Assembly (NCBI GenBank): GCA_028718745.1
Contig: JAQULF010000003.1
Location: forward strand, 160-64,159
Source of the DNA: Patescibacteria group bacterium
Lineage (GTDB): Bacteria; Patescibacteriota; JACPGU01
Length of the DNA stretch: 64,000 nucleotides
Direction: 5' to 3'
The translations under genes and the position numbers were made by a program. A model generated the notes under the pieces. It made no database searches. It was not told the origin of the DNA and saw nothing but the letters and a program-made list of their open reading frames with translations. This document shows, in pieces, positions 53,601 to 63,821 of this stretch; the stretch's first letter is position 1; each line of letters opens with the position of its first letter.

Positions 53601-54857
53601 TCCTACATCACCGATCTGAAGAACACTCTGATAAACACCGCTGAAATTATATTTAGCTAAAAAAGCGTCAAAATCACCCGTAGCGGTAAGGGAATTCGGT
53701 CCGCTTTCTGGGTTAAAGTCAGTAGTGCCAGTAAAATATCCTGCTAAATAGATATTTCCTAAACCATCAACTGCAATCCCCATTAACTGATCATAACCGG
53801 GGGCCGTTGCCTTTATTGTCTTACTAAAAACATAATTACCGGAAGAATTTATTTTGGTAAAAAAAGTTTCTCCAACTACGGCTGAATCTTTTATGTCAGT
53901 CCCAGCAGTTGGGTCCAAATCTACAGAACCAGCAAAAATTCCAGCGAGATAAACATTATTAGAGCTATCAACAAAAATTCTACTTCCAGAATCGGTTCCC
54001 GCCCCGCCAATCGTATAAGTATAGCCGTAAGATCCATTGGCATTTATTTTGGTAAAAAACGCGTCCAAACTAGCAGTATCTGAAGTTTTAGAATCAGCCG
54101 GTCCAGAGCCGGTTGTATTAAAATCAATCGTTCCTGAAAAATATCCCGAAAAATAGACTGAATCATCCGGACCAATTACTAATGAGTTCGGAAAAATCGA
54201 TCCTGCTACACCCGCGTCAAAAACATAGGTGTATCCATAAGATCCATTGGAATTAATTTTAGTTAAAAAGATATTGGTAACATTGGCCGGTGAAGAAGTT
54301 TTATTGTCTACTCCGGCGGTCGGATCAAAATCAACCGTGCCGGCAAAAAGACCTAACGCGTAAGCATTGCCGGAAGAATCTGACTTAATCCCCATCAAAT
54401 GTTCGCTTTTAATTCCGCCCATATTATAAGCATAAGCCAGCGTTCCGTCCGAATTAACTTTGGATATAAAAATATCACTGCCTGAAGCGCCTGCCCTATT
54501 CATTAAAGGAGTAGAAAATCCTCCATTAGAAACTACATCTTTTACACCAACCGTGGGGTCTATGTCAGCAGTGCCATTAAACCCCCCGCCAATGTACATA
54601 TTTCCATTATTATCTAAATCAACAGCTTCTAATGTATCCAATACCGTTCCTCCAACCTGAAAAGTATACCCGTATGAAGGAGCCAGATTCCCCCCTTCCC
54701 GAAGGTTGAGAGCGCCTCCTGAAGGAGTTAGTGTAATTCCGGCTAGCGCTTTAACACCTGATAAAGGAATTAAAATAAAAGACAGAGCCAAAACGGCTGC
54801 AATTATTACATTCCATTTATTACTTTTTTGAGAACTTCGGTTTGGGCTTTTTTTCAT
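50601..54857 (-). CDS. Giant secreted surface protein (1418 aa): SBBP-like beta-propeller repeats, ~5 tandem Calx-beta/cadherin-like domains, Gly11 linker, two C-terminal copies of a conserved ~110-aa module
   Basis: Signal peptide; repeated GT(V/I)DF(D/N)PT...; repeated ...VTA(N/H)I(A/T/I)DND... domains; SSGGGGGGGGGGNPNP; C-terminal modules ending ...EYF(T/R)PVVEG(I/L)TW(M/L)KD(I/V)G(I/L)YWDITV. Confidence 0.6.
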   Translation of the reverse strand: MKKSPNRSSQKSNKWNVIIAAVLALSFILIPLSGVKALAGITLTPSGGALNLREGGNLAPSYGYTFQVGGTVLDTLEAVDLDNNGNMYIGGGFNGTADIDPTVGVKDVVSNGGFSTPLMNRAGASGSDIFISKVNSDGTLAYAYNMGGIKSEHLMGIKSDSSGNAYALGLFAGTVDFDPTAGVDNKTSSPANVTNIFLTKINSNGSYGYTYVFDAGVAGSIFPNSLVIGPDDSVYFSGYFSGTIDFNTTGSGPADSKTSDTASLDAFFTKINANGSYGYTYTIGGAGTDSGSRIFVDSSNNVYLAGIFAGSVDLDPTAGTDIKDSAVVGETFFTKINSSGNYVFSKTIKATAPGYDQLMGIAVDGLGNIYLAGYFTGTTDFNPESGPNSLTATGDFDAFLAKYNFSGVYQSVLQIGDVGRDVEANAIAVDSSDNVYISGTASNGAEGIDFDPTAGVDFKVIAGYDTVNYHAFLTKINANGTYGFTKTAGGNSGDSDYYSIAVNNSGKIFAGGYFAGVSDFNDPTSAPDDNKTSAGSFDGFATLFVPDNMYTVVLNDIPTSNVTIALAPNNDLTVSSSSVTFTPATWDIPRFIYISAVNDTFNESAGQTGFVDHTASSADLAFDGLTAQITATISDNGDDVVPITTTVTQSGGSTWVSEAGVTDTYTIVLGDQPVSNVTITPSFDAAQINVVPANIVFTPYNWNTPQTFTVSAVDDAIVEGTHTSLITHAATSADPIFNGIAVANVTANIIDNDGATVVLSTQTVNVIEGGAGDTLDISLSGPVPTNNVLVNIAITGTEISIDNNSLVFTPANYTTPQTINVNAVNDNVVEGAHNDSLTFSTVSLDAAYNGLDVIPVTANIADNDVAGITLFESGGITNVSESGTTDSYTLVLDTQPSANVVITETPDAEITVNPTVLTFTSANWNTPQTVTVTAVDDAIVQGNHTGTISHAVVGADLNYNGFAIASVTAHITDNDSSGGGGGGGGGGNPNPVIPNTTNGQVTVTASLGGATTLTNSDGSSLNINVPSGAVSSNTSITITTSDVASGPIDGYTTLGNKLYNVLATVNGVNVTAFSQPVSLSFTYNSSSLPSGVAKSDISLYQFDAAQNAWLLAAGFSNDTSINKIILSTKTIGNKYALVYRTPTAGNNNTGNNTGGFNYSIDSNPGNYSYGFITQSNYPIIKSGENTSLILTIKNTGSATWYKDGPNPVRLGTSNGFDRPSSFSNSSWISVNRAAKLSQDIVRPGEIGTFNVNITGFNDKTGKFREYFTPVVEGITWMKDIGIYWDITVEKGSVSTFYNTEYISQSPFITLDKNGTANLWVEYKNTGTAVWNQNGANPVHLGTSNPLDRDSIIKNTDWLSNNRPTKIDKETVNPGETAKFNFTIKAPNVSGTIREYFRPVVEGLTWLKDVGLYWDITVK

Positions 54858-55038
54858 TTTTGAAAGATTAGTTATTAGTTATCATCATCCTACCACATTC
54901 TAAAAAGTTTGTCAATACAGCTATTTTTAAAATTTGAACCTTAAAGTAAAAATATAGAGAAAATTTCATCCAGAGCGAGTACACGAGCGTGGGATTACAT
55001 TAATTTCTTCTCACTTATTTTCTTAATTTTTTAATTTT

Positions 55039-57849
55039 TTATTTAACTATTATTTGCCAATATATTCCAATATCTTTCATCCATTTTACTCCATCCACAA
55101 CCGGTGTAAAGTAGGCTTTGTAAGTTCCGGGGGTTGCGGGAGCTTTAAGTTTAAACTGAAATCTAGTATTCCAACCTGGTCTGATCTCCGGATGCATTAT
55201 AGCAACCGCCCTATTTGCCGACAACCAATTGCTATTGGCAAATTCGCTAACATAATCTCTTTGCTGATTTATATTGCCATAAGAAGATCCGGAACCAAGA
55301 CGAACTACATTATTGCCATTATTAAACCAAGTGGCGGTGCCGGTATTTTTTACTTCAATCCAAACATCTATCAGATCTCCCGGATTTGCTTCGGCAGGAT
55401 ATGGAGACTGATATATCAATTGATAATCATAAGTCCCCAGCATTAGTTTCGCCCTGCGGGCTATTTCTTCCGGAGAAAGTTCCACTATGGGTTGAGTTTG
55501 AAATTGGATCTGTTCTATAATCTCTTCCCGTTGAGGTGTTGATGGCGGTTCCAACCCTTCTTCGTCATTTGGAACGGGGTTATAATATGCCGGCGGCGGA
55601 TTTGATGGGGCAGAAGAAGTATAAGTTGCAAAAGTCGTAAAATGTTTCGTCCAAACAGCAAGATTGCCATCATCAAGACTGATTTTACAATCTTCCGGAC
55701 TGCCATTTTCAATTAGGTTTGCTATCGCCCAACTCTGGCCATCGTCAAGGTTGTTAATGCATGCCGTTGTAATTTCTGTGAAAAGGCCCCCTCTTGAATA
55801 ACCAATTCTCTCTCCGGCCTTTCCTTCAAAAGTTAGTTTTACCGGATTATTAAAAGTTAATTTAGTATCTGCAAAACCAACATCTATCGCGGAATCAACT
55901 ACCGCGCCCGGCAATGATAAAGTTGTTACTTGGGGAACATCCATGGCCCCCGTCCAAGATGTATCACCGTCCGCTGTGATAGTGGTTCCGGAAGGAATAT
56001 TTACAGATACCGTCCCATCACTAAGAGTTTTGGTAATATTTATTTCCGGTATGGAAGAGGCTACGCCGCCAGAGGTAAATGCGCCCAAATCTATTTGAGA
56101 ATTATCAGAACCTAAATCTACATTTACATTAACTGTATCTGAAGTACCAAGAGAGCTTGAGACTAATAATGATTGGTTATCGCCTGAAATAGTTTGGGGA
56201 GTATCATTCGTTACTTCTGTCGTTAAACTGGTGCCGGTATTTATAAGCAATGTCCAACCTTTATTGCCGGAAACATCGCTAAGAAGAGCCCAAACATCAT
56301 TAGTAAAAGTCGCGGTATCCCCTTCTCCTACATCTCGGGATATTCTCAAATGATTATTCATCCAGTGAAAAGTTAATTCTTTATCAGCGCCATTACTCAA
56401 AGCATTTTGTACTGCTGTTATACTATCCTCGCTTAATTGTTCGCTAAAAATAAGAGCTGCGCCATATAAATTTGGTCTGCTGCCGCCTAAATATGGTAAT
56501 TCATAACCGGCATCTCCGCTGCCCAAAACTCCGCTTGTAATTCTTGGCGCGGCCTTATCTTCGGCCGTAACATTCATCATCGCTGTTTGTTCATTACCGG
56601 AAAGATCTTTTATACTCAAATGCCCCGCCGGATTTATCGTTACGATCGGGGTATCATTAGCCAAATCGCTATCAAGAAATAAAGTTACTTTTCCATTATC
56701 TTCACTTAAGCTACTAATGGAATAATCACCATATCCGTCTATTGAAACTTGAAAATCAGCGGTAGTTAACTGACTTTCATCTAAATCTTCATCAAAAAAC
56801 ACTTCCACTTCATTGCCGGATATTGTGCGAGCGCTTAATAATTGTGGCGGAGCAACATCTAAACTCGTAGTATTAACTCCAACCGGTAGTGTATTGGATA
56901 GCATCGCCTCATGCGGGTTAGAACTTCCCGGATCAAGTATTTCTACATTTACCGCCGAAAAAGGACTATCAGCTCCAACATTGATTCCTCCCGATAATGT
57001 ATCTACTTCTACCGTAAAGCTTTCGTTGAATGAACCAGTATCACTATCAGCGCATCCACCGGTAGTATAGTTAACACTTGCATAGCCCTCATTAACCGCG
57101 CCATAGCTTCCACTGCCGATACCGTATGATTGCAATCCGGCTTCAACCGCTATAATTGCGCAGCCGCCCGAGACATTAGTATAAGAAAAACTGCCGGACA
57201 AATTAATCTGATCTCCGCTATTTACTATTCCGTTTCCGTCTAGATCGGTATAGCCAAGAGTAACGCTATTGATAGTAATGGACGAAACCGGAGGTTCAGG
57301 AGGAACAGTATTAACCCCAACCGGCAGTGTATTGGATAGCATTGTCACGGGTGGGTTACCGCTTCCGGGATCAGATACGAGCACATCTACCGCCGAAAGT
57401 GGGCTATCAGCTCCAACATTGATTCCTCCATTAATTATGTCAGCTTCTACGGTAAAAAGTTCATTAAATGAAATGGTGCCGCTATCAGGACCGGAGCAAT
57501 CACCGGAGGCGCTTATTTCTGTATAGCCCTCATAATAGCTGCTATCGCCGCCAAGACCATAATTTCTCAAATCAGCATTAGGCGATATTAGCGCGCAACC
57601 ATCAACTATTCCTATATAAGAAGCTGATCCGGAAATATTGATTGAATCTCCAGCGTTCACTATTCCATTTCCGTCCACATCGGTATAGCCAAGAGTAACA
57701 CTATTGATTACGATAGCGCTACCAATTGCTTTTGTCGCAGACTGTTTGTTATTGGAAAAAATAAAATAAGAACTTAGGGAAATCAAAATAATAACCGCTA
57801 TTATAAAAATAAGTTTTTTTGCCCAATCTTTTTTTATCTTTGTTATCAT
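55039..57849 (-). CDS. Large surface protein (936 aa) with N-terminal TM anchor, tandem Ig-like repeats and the shared C-terminal ~110-aa module
   Basis: N-terminal TM LIFIIAVIILISLSSYFIF; duplicated ITINSVTLGYTD(V/L)DGNGIVN(A/S)GD module; C-terminus ...KAYFTPVVDGVKWMKDIGIYWQIIVK. Confidence 0.55.
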   Translation of the reverse strand: MITKIKKDWAKKLIFIIAVIILISLSSYFIFSNNKQSATKAIGSAIVINSVTLGYTDVDGNGIVNAGDSINISGSASYIGIVDGCALISPNADLRNYGLGGDSSYYEGYTEISASGDCSGPDSGTISFNELFTVEADIINGGINVGADSPLSAVDVLVSDPGSGNPPVTMLSNTLPVGVNTVPPEPPVSSITINSVTLGYTDLDGNGIVNSGDQINLSGSFSYTNVSGGCAIIAVEAGLQSYGIGSGSYGAVNEGYASVNYTTGGCADSDTGSFNESFTVEVDTLSGGINVGADSPFSAVNVEILDPGSSNPHEAMLSNTLPVGVNTTSLDVAPPQLLSARTISGNEVEVFFDEDLDESQLTTADFQVSIDGYGDYSISSLSEDNGKVTLFLDSDLANDTPIVTINPAGHLSIKDLSGNEQTAMMNVTAEDKAAPRITSGVLGSGDAGYELPYLGGSRPNLYGAALIFSEQLSEDSITAVQNALSNGADKELTFHWMNNHLRISRDVGEGDTATFTNDVWALLSDVSGNKGWTLLINTGTSLTTEVTNDTPQTISGDNQSLLVSSSLGTSDTVNVNVDLGSDNSQIDLGAFTSGGVASSIPEINITKTLSDGTVSVNIPSGTTITADGDTSWTGAMDVPQVTTLSLPGAVVDSAIDVGFADTKLTFNNPVKLTFEGKAGERIGYSRGGLFTEITTACINNLDDGQSWAIANLIENGSPEDCKISLDDGNLAVWTKHFTTFATYTSSAPSNPPPAYYNPVPNDEEGLEPPSTPQREEIIEQIQFQTQPIVELSPEEIARRAKLMLGTYDYQLIYQSPYPAEANPGDLIDVWIEVKNTGTATWFNNGNNVVRLGSGSSYGNINQQRDYVSEFANSNWLSANRAVAIMHPEIRPGWNTRFQFKLKAPATPGTYKAYFTPVVDGVKWMKDIGIYWQIIVK

Positions 57850-57880
57850 TTTAGTATTTTACCGCTTTATAACTTTATAA

Positions 57881-58954
57881 CTATTTAACCTTTATCTCCC
57901 AATATATTCCAATATCTTTCATCCAATTAATTCCATCAACAACGGGTGTAAAATAGGCTTTGTAAATACCCGGGGTTGCGGGAGCTTTAATATTAAATTG
58001 AAATTTGGTGCTTTGTCCCGGCTGAACTATCGAATCTAGCATGCCAACCGGTCTATTTGCCGATAACCAATCGCTATCTACAAATTCTGACGCGTAATCC
58101 AATTGTTGGTTTGAATTTCCGTAAGCGGAACCCGATCCTAATCTTACAGGGTTAGAGCCATCAGCCAGCCAAGTTTGATTGCCGGTATTTTTTAATTCCA
58201 CCCAAACATTAGCTGTCTCCCCGGAATTTAGTTCTGCCGGATAAGGAGATTGGCTGACTAATTCATAATCATAAGAATTTTGCGCGTCATATTTCAAAAT
58301 CCATCCCGAATAAATCGTATTGGCACCGCCATCATAAAGGCTGGGAAACTGATCTTGGTTCAGCTCTACCAATCTCGTCCATTTTTCAGCATCGCCATAG
58401 ATTTTTAAAGCGATCGCTTTTAGATCATCGCCGGGTTGGACTTCGTAATAACCGGAGGTAAATTGGTTTGTATTATTTTGATTTGGCGAAACGGGTGGAA
58501 CAAGTGGAACAACCGGAATGGGTTGAGCTATTTCCTGCGGTTTTTCCAAAATCGCTTCCCTTTCTGCCGAAGTTAAATTGAGACTATTGATATTAAGATC
58601 ATATTTCAAAACCCAATCGCTATAAATATTATTTGGCATTGTAACCAAACTGGGGTATCTATCTTGATTTAATTCCACCAATCTCGTCCATTTAGAGCTA
58701 TCGCCATAAAGATTTTGCGCGATATCCTTCATGGATTCCCCCGCTCCCACCACATATTCACCAAATAATTGATCAGCTAATCCTGCCGTAGCAATATTAT
58801 TGTCCGAAACATTGGTAATTGGTTGCGATAAACTGTTGTCCGCCATAACTTTGGAAAAAGGAGTAACCAAAAAAGCAAGTACAAAAAGACTTACTATTAT
58901 GAAAAGTGCTACTTGGATTTTTTTATTTTGTTTTGTGTTTTTGTACTTGATCAT
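57881..58954 (-). CDS. Surface protein with two LysM-like motifs and the shared C-terminal ~110-aa module
   Basis: N-terminal TM; two copies of ...GD(S/D)(M/L)K(D/A)IA...YGD(S/A)(S/E)KWTRLVELNQD(R/Q)(Y/F)PSL...(D/G)W(V/I)LKYD; C-terminus ...KAYFTPVVDGINWMKDIGIYWEIKVK. Confidence 0.5.
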   Translation of the reverse strand: MIKYKNTKQNKKIQVALFIIVSLFVLAFLVTPFSKVMADNSLSQPITNVSDNNIATAGLADQLFGEYVVGAGESMKDIAQNLYGDSSKWTRLVELNQDRYPSLVTMPNNIYSDWVLKYDLNINSLNLTSAEREAILEKPQEIAQPIPVVPLVPPVSPNQNNTNQFTSGYYEVQPGDDLKAIALKIYGDAEKWTRLVELNQDQFPSLYDGGANTIYSGWILKYDAQNSYDYELVSQSPYPAELNSGETANVWVELKNTGNQTWLADGSNPVRLGSGSAYGNSNQQLDYASEFVDSDWLSANRPVGMLDSIVQPGQSTKFQFNIKAPATPGIYKAYFTPVVDGINWMKDIGIYWEIKVK

Positions 58955-58979
58955 TTTTGTTTTTTAATTTTTTATTTTC

Positions 58980-61900
58980 TTAATATTTTAAAACCCACCC
59001 GGCATAAATAACATTGGCGCCGCCGGCATAGAGGCTTGGATATTGAGCTTGATTGAGTTCTACCAATTTCACCCATTGACTGCTATCGCCATAGAGTTTT
59101 TGAGCGATCCACTGTAAATCATCACCGGGTTGAACCGTATAAACTCCGTTGCTTGGCTGTTGGGAGGCGGGCTGCTCCGCGGGTGTTGTTGAGGGGGTTG
59201 GTTGGACCGGTTGAAATGTTCCGTCATTGACATTGATTTCCCAGTAAATACCAATATCTTTCATCCAGGTGATGCCGTCGGCAACAGGAGTAAAGTAGGC
59301 TTTGTAATTTCCATTTGTCATCGGCGCCTTAATCGTGAACTGGAATCTCGCGTTCCATCCCGAAATAATTCCAAGTGGTGAAATAGCAGTTGGTCTATTT
59401 TGAGATAACCAATCGGTATTTGCAAATTCACTATTGTAATCTTGCTGCTGATTGCTATTCCCATAGATTGAACCAGAACCAAGACGAACATTATTTTCCC
59501 AAGTAGCTGTGCCGGTATTTTTTACTTCAACCCAAACATTGGCTGTTTCCCCGGGTTTAAGAGTGGTCGGATATGGAGATTGATAAACCAACTCATAATC
59601 ATAAGTTCCTAGCTGTTCTGGCGGTATTGGAGCAAAACCAAGATCATATTTCAAAACCCAGCCTGAATAAAGCGTGTTGGCCCCCCCATCATAAAGACTT
59701 GGAAATTGAGCTTGGTTTAGTTCAACTAACCTCATCCATTTATTAGAATCACCATAAAGATTTTGCGCGATTGATTGCAAAGAATCTCCCGACTGGACTG
59801 TATATTCACCAAGTAAAGGAGTGACTGGCGGCGTAACCGGAGGAATTACCGGAGGAATTACCGGAGGAATAACAGCGCCGGTTTTTAATGTACCAAAAAC
59901 CGCAAAAGTAGAAAAGTGATTTATATGCGCGGTAATTGTATGCGCCACAGTATCCAAAACACTTGGCACCAAAATCCAAATTTTTGCGGTTTCATCCCAA
60001 TAATATAATTTCAATGAGCTTTCATCAAAACTGTTCAGTAATAAATTATTTCCATAAGGTATCGTGATTGTAATATTGCCGTTAAGACTGGTAACTTTTA
60101 CATTGTTTGAAACTAGAAATGCATTGATATCAAATGCGTTTAATAATGATAATCCTAAAGGTGAAGCTGGAGGATTGTTTTCATTGGTTAGCGTTATATT
60201 GATATTCCCATTGATTGTGCCGGCGGGAATATTTACACGAACAGAACCATCGGCTAGAGAAATCGTTCCCCCGCCGGCAGAAGTGATTACTCCTGAACCT
60301 ATAAGTGAAACCGGTTGAGGTGGCGGCGGAGTAGATCCTCCCCCACCTGATGGCGGAGCCGGAGCAATGGTTACTGTGACAGTATATGGCTGAATTGAAA
60401 GATCAGCAGCCGTAACCGTATATATTTGCGGAGTTACAAAGTTGTTAGCAACACCGGAAAGCGGGCTGACTGATGCACCGGTAATTGTGATGGTTGGAAC
60501 GAGTGCAGTTACATTGGTTCCATGAGGAACTGTCAACGCAATCGTATGAGCCGGTTCATTAATTGTAGTCCCACCCACTTGGCCGGGTACGGTAAATGCC
60601 GTAATCGCCTTGTCCGAACTTAAAGGAGGGGTGATTGTCCAAGCATAAGTAGCTGGAGTCGCATCAACATTTCCAAAAGCGTCAATTGCTCTTACATTAA
60701 AGGTATGAGCAGCAACTGATAAACCGGTATAGTTCTTTGGACTTGTACAAGGCGAATAACCACCGGAATCAATCTGACATTCAAAAGTACCTGCTTCGGT
60801 AGAATTAAACGAAAATGAAGCCGAAGTTGAAGAGGTGCTTAGTGGCGGATTGGTTAGAATCGTAGTATTCGGATTTAAAGTATCAATGGTAAATGTGCTT
60901 GCCGACTCAACAAAACTGCCTTGATTTTGAAAAACATCTTTTGCGCGTACGCGAACTTTCATGTTTATATTTTCTTGAAGATTAAAATCAGTTCCCGCAT
61001 CCCAAGAAATAGTCTTATTATTGCCAATAATTTGTCCGCTGCCAACATCTCCGGTCAAGGTAGTAATTGGCACAACCCAGCTAGATGTACCATCGTCTAT
61101 TTCGGCTTCAACCATTATAAAAGCAGTACTATCATCTGTTAAATCATAATAAATTGTAACTATTTTTGATCCATCAGTAGCCTGGGCGGCGGAAACATTT
61201 GAAACAACCGGTTTTTTCACATCAATGGTAATAGCGGAAGAAGTGAAATAACTGCTCGGGTCTACCCCATCGCTGGCTTTTCCTCGTATATAAACCGTCC
61301 CGTTAAAATCACCGAGATCAGCGGCGGCATTCCAAACGAAGGTATAATTATTTCCACTCGGCGAAGTTGCCAAACCGGTAATGCCACTATCATCAGGATC
61401 ACCGGTTGCTTCCGTCATGGTTAACTCTTCCCCCGCAAAAGCGCCGGTTAGAGAATATTGTCGCGAGATAATATCGCACGGGTCAGAATCTGCGTCTGAA
61501 AGAGTGTAAGTAACATCAAAGAAGCCATCATCTGTTTTTTGACTGCCTACAACATTGGTAATTAAAGGAGCTGAATTTCCGCTTGTTGTGGTAACTGGTC
61601 CTATTTCCGTCGCGTTTACCTTGTTTCCAGCCTTATCATATATCCAGATATTAAAGAAATATGGAGTTGAAGCCGTTAACCCTGTAACTGTTGTTGAAAC
61701 CGCTCCATTATAATTTTCAAAACCAAGATTTGCATCGTCTAATTTTGTCCAAGGAATATCTGATTCTGTAACTCCGGCGCTCGTTTTCCTAAATATCTTG
61801 TATTCTTTGAAATTAGTATCCGAGCCGGCTAATCCAAAAGTTAAGCTAGTAGAAACATTGGTAGTGGAATCAGAATCAACCAAATCGCCCGGTGCTATCG

Positions 61901-63821
61901 GATCGGTAGTATCTTTGGTTATATTCGGTTGGTTATCAGTTCCGACATTGCTAAATAGATCGGTATCTCTTAAATATAAAGTAAAGGTTGTTAAACCGGA
62001 ACCATCCAAAGCACCAAATCCCGTTAGATCGTTCATGGTCGTTACCCCACTGGCGCAAGAAACCCAGGAAGAATTATCTATCGAACATTCCAAATTGTTG
62101 AAATCATTAGCGGTAAATGAAATCACCTTCGATGCATTAACAAAATCACCCGATACCGGAGATACGATACTTACGATCGGCGCGACCACTTGCTTTAAGA
62201 TCGTATCCGTAGCGTTATTTCCTTGATTACCAAGAGCGTCAACCAGATAAACAGTCAGAGTAAGCGTGCCATTATCAAGACTGCTAACATCTATCGGAGA
62301 TATGGTATCTGTCCCCGTTGATATGAAACCGCTTCCCGTAACTGCAGGCGTAAGAACATTTGTATCGTCAATTGAATAATTGTAAGTTGTTCCTATTTCA
62401 GCAGCAGTAAAAGTAAACGAAGCGGTTGTTTGATTGATACTGTTAATAGAGACCTGGTCAAAAGCCACAGCATAGCCGCTTGGCGCTACATTATCTACCG
62501 TGAACGGCCCAGTTGATGCGGGATTGCTGTTCTCATCACCGTCCGTAACTATAAATTGGAAATAGACATCGTTGACAGAAGTAGTCGGAATCTCCACATG
62601 GCTTGACCAGGTTAATGTATATTCGGTGCCGGAAAAATCAGTGGCGGGAACAAATGTGGAGGCCGGAGAAAAAGTCATTGATCCATCAGCAACCGCTGTC
62701 CAGCTGCCACCAACTCCGATTTTATATTGAGCGCTTCCTGACTTGAAAGTAGAAGTATCAACTGCCCCATCCGGATCTTTGACGCGGAATTTAATATCTA
62801 CCTGCCCGCTTCCATCCGTTGTTTGCGTCGCGGATCCAAGTACATCATCAACCGTATGGCCGAGAACCGGGGGTTGGTCCGCGGCAAGCGTTGTTGTATT
62901 TATATCTGGGACCGTTTCTTCCAGGCCAACCTTATCTACTGCCCAGATTTTGAAATAATATGTAGTTGAATTGGAAAGCCCGGTTATGGTTGTGGTCGTC
63001 GTGGTTCGACTTAAAAGAGCCGCATCTTTGACAGCATCCCATTTCACTGCCAAACCTGACTTGCCCTGGACATCAGCTTGCGCTAAAGCGTCAGCTTGTA
63101 CCGGCAGACCGGTTGAATACCATATTTCATAATGATCAAAGTTTGCTTCGGTCACTGCTGTCCAATTCAAAACTTGCGAAGTTGAGCCGGTAGATCCGGC
63201 AACTAATGCGGTTAACCCTGTTGGGGCAGTAGTATCAATTATAATATTTTTATTAAATCCCAATGATCCCACGACTCCCGGGGTGGGAAGTGTTAGGATC
63301 GCATCATTTCCAACTGTATCTTTGATAGTGCCGCCATTTAGGACCAATGATGTAGTTGCGACATAATCCAGATCAGCCGAATTGTCGCTGGCTCCCACAG
63401 TATAATCAAAGGTTAAAGTATTGGTGCCGGTACCGGAACTGTAAGTTGCTGCTCCTCCACTATTTAGCGCTAAGGAAGGAGGTCCGCCCAATACATTGAC
63501 TATTTTTGAAAAAGTAACTTGAATAGAAACCGGAGCTCCCGTAGTATAAGCGCCATTAGCTGTAGAAGAAGTAACATTGGTAACACTGGCTTGAGCGGAG
63601 AAATCCCAATTGATATTATTTCCGCCATTAATATTTGTTCCCGCATCGGTTCCATTGACAACCGTTCCCCCGCTGGCATCTGAATATGAAGGTGAAACAT
63701 AGTTTATGGTTTGTGTTGCGGGCGCATGAATCAGCCAATGTGTTAATGGGGTAACCGGCGCCAAGGTCAAAATATTTCCTGACGCACCGGATAGAGTAAG
63801 CTGATTGGTTACATCTTGCAA
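58980..63821 (-). CDS. Giant surface protein (>=1613 aa; N-terminus probably beyond window end) with many Ig/fibronectin-like domains, the AITAFTVPGQ module, shared C-terminal ~110-aa module and two LysM-like motifs
   Basis: No signal peptide at tracked M (frame appears open to the window edge); KAITAFTVPGQVGGTTINEPAHTIALTVP module shared with 48801 ORF; PPVIPPVIPPVTPPV linker; C-terminal ...KAYFTPVADGITWMKDIGIYWEINV then LysM-like tail. Confidence 0.55.
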   Translation of the reverse strand: MQDVTNQLTLSGASGNILTLAPVTPLTHWLIHAPATQTINYVSPSYSDASGGTVVNGTDAGTNINGGNNINWDFSAQASVTNVTSSTANGAYTTGAPVSIQVTFSKIVNVLGGPPSLALNSGGAATYSSGTGTNTLTFDYTVGASDNSADLDYVATTSLVLNGGTIKDTVGNDAILTLPTPGVVGSLGFNKNIIIDTTAPTGLTALVAGSTGSTSQVLNWTAVTEANFDHYEIWYSTGLPVQADALAQADVQGKSGLAVKWDAVKDAALLSRTTTTTTITGLSNSTTYYFKIWAVDKVGLEETVPDINTTTLAADQPPVLGHTVDDVLGSATQTTDGSGQVDIKFRVKDPDGAVDTSTFKSGSAQYKIGVGGSWTAVADGSMTFSPASTFVPATDFSGTEYTLTWSSHVEIPTTSVNDVYFQFIVTDGDENSNPASTGPFTVDNVAPSGYAVAFDQVSINSINQTTASFTFTAAEIGTTYNYSIDDTNVLTPAVTGSGFISTGTDTISPIDVSSLDNGTLTLTVYLVDALGNQGNNATDTILKQVVAPIVSIVSPVSGDFVNASKVISFTANDFNNLECSIDNSSWVSCASGVTTMNDLTGFGALDGSGLTTFTLYLRDTDLFSNVGTDNQPNITKDTTDPIAPGDLVDSDSTTNVSTSLTFGLAGSDTNFKEYKIFRKTSAGVTESDIPWTKLDDANLGFENYNGAVSTTVTGLTASTPYFFNIWIYDKAGNKVNATEIGPVTTTSGNSAPLITNVVGSQKTDDGFFDVTYTLSDADSDPCDIISRQYSLTGAFAGEELTMTEATGDPDDSGITGLATSPSGNNYTFVWNAAADLGDFNGTVYIRGKASDGVDPSSYFTSSAITIDVKKPVVSNVSAAQATDGSKIVTIYYDLTDDSTAFIMVEAEIDDGTSSWVVPITTLTGDVGSGQIIGNNKTISWDAGTDFNLQENINMKVRVRAKDVFQNQGSFVESASTFTIDTLNPNTTILTNPPLSTSSTSASFSFNSTEAGTFECQIDSGGYSPCTSPKNYTGLSVAAHTFNVRAIDAFGNVDATPATYAWTITPPLSSDKAITAFTVPGQVGGTTINEPAHTIALTVPHGTNVTALVPTITITGASVSPLSGVANNFVTPQIYTVTAADLSIQPYTVTVTIAPAPPSGGGGSTPPPPQPVSLIGSGVITSAGGGTISLADGSVRVNIPAGTINGNINITLTNENNPPASPLGLSLLNAFDINAFLVSNNVKVTSLNGNITITIPYGNNLLLNSFDESSLKLYYWDETAKIWILVPSVLDTVAHTITAHINHFSTFAVFGTLKTGAVIPPVIPPVIPPVTPPVTPLLGEYTVQSGDSLQSIAQNLYGDSNKWMRLVELNQAQFPSLYDGGANTLYSGWVLKYDLGFAPIPPEQLGTYDYELVYQSPYPTTLKPGETANVWVEVKNTGTATWENNVRLGSGSIYGNSNQQQDYNSEFANTDWLSQNRPTAISPLGIISGWNARFQFTIKAPMTNGNYKAYFTPVADGITWMKDIGIYWEINVNDGTFQPVQPTPSTTPAEQPASQQPSNGVYTVQPGDDLQWIAQKLYGDSSQWVKLVELNQAQYPSLYAGGANVIYAGWVLKY

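Noticed and set aside
51073-57526. Numerous 60-130-aa ORFs on both strands within the giant surface-protein genes
   Set aside because: Internal/antisense to long ORFs with clear repetitive domain structure; no independent start signals.
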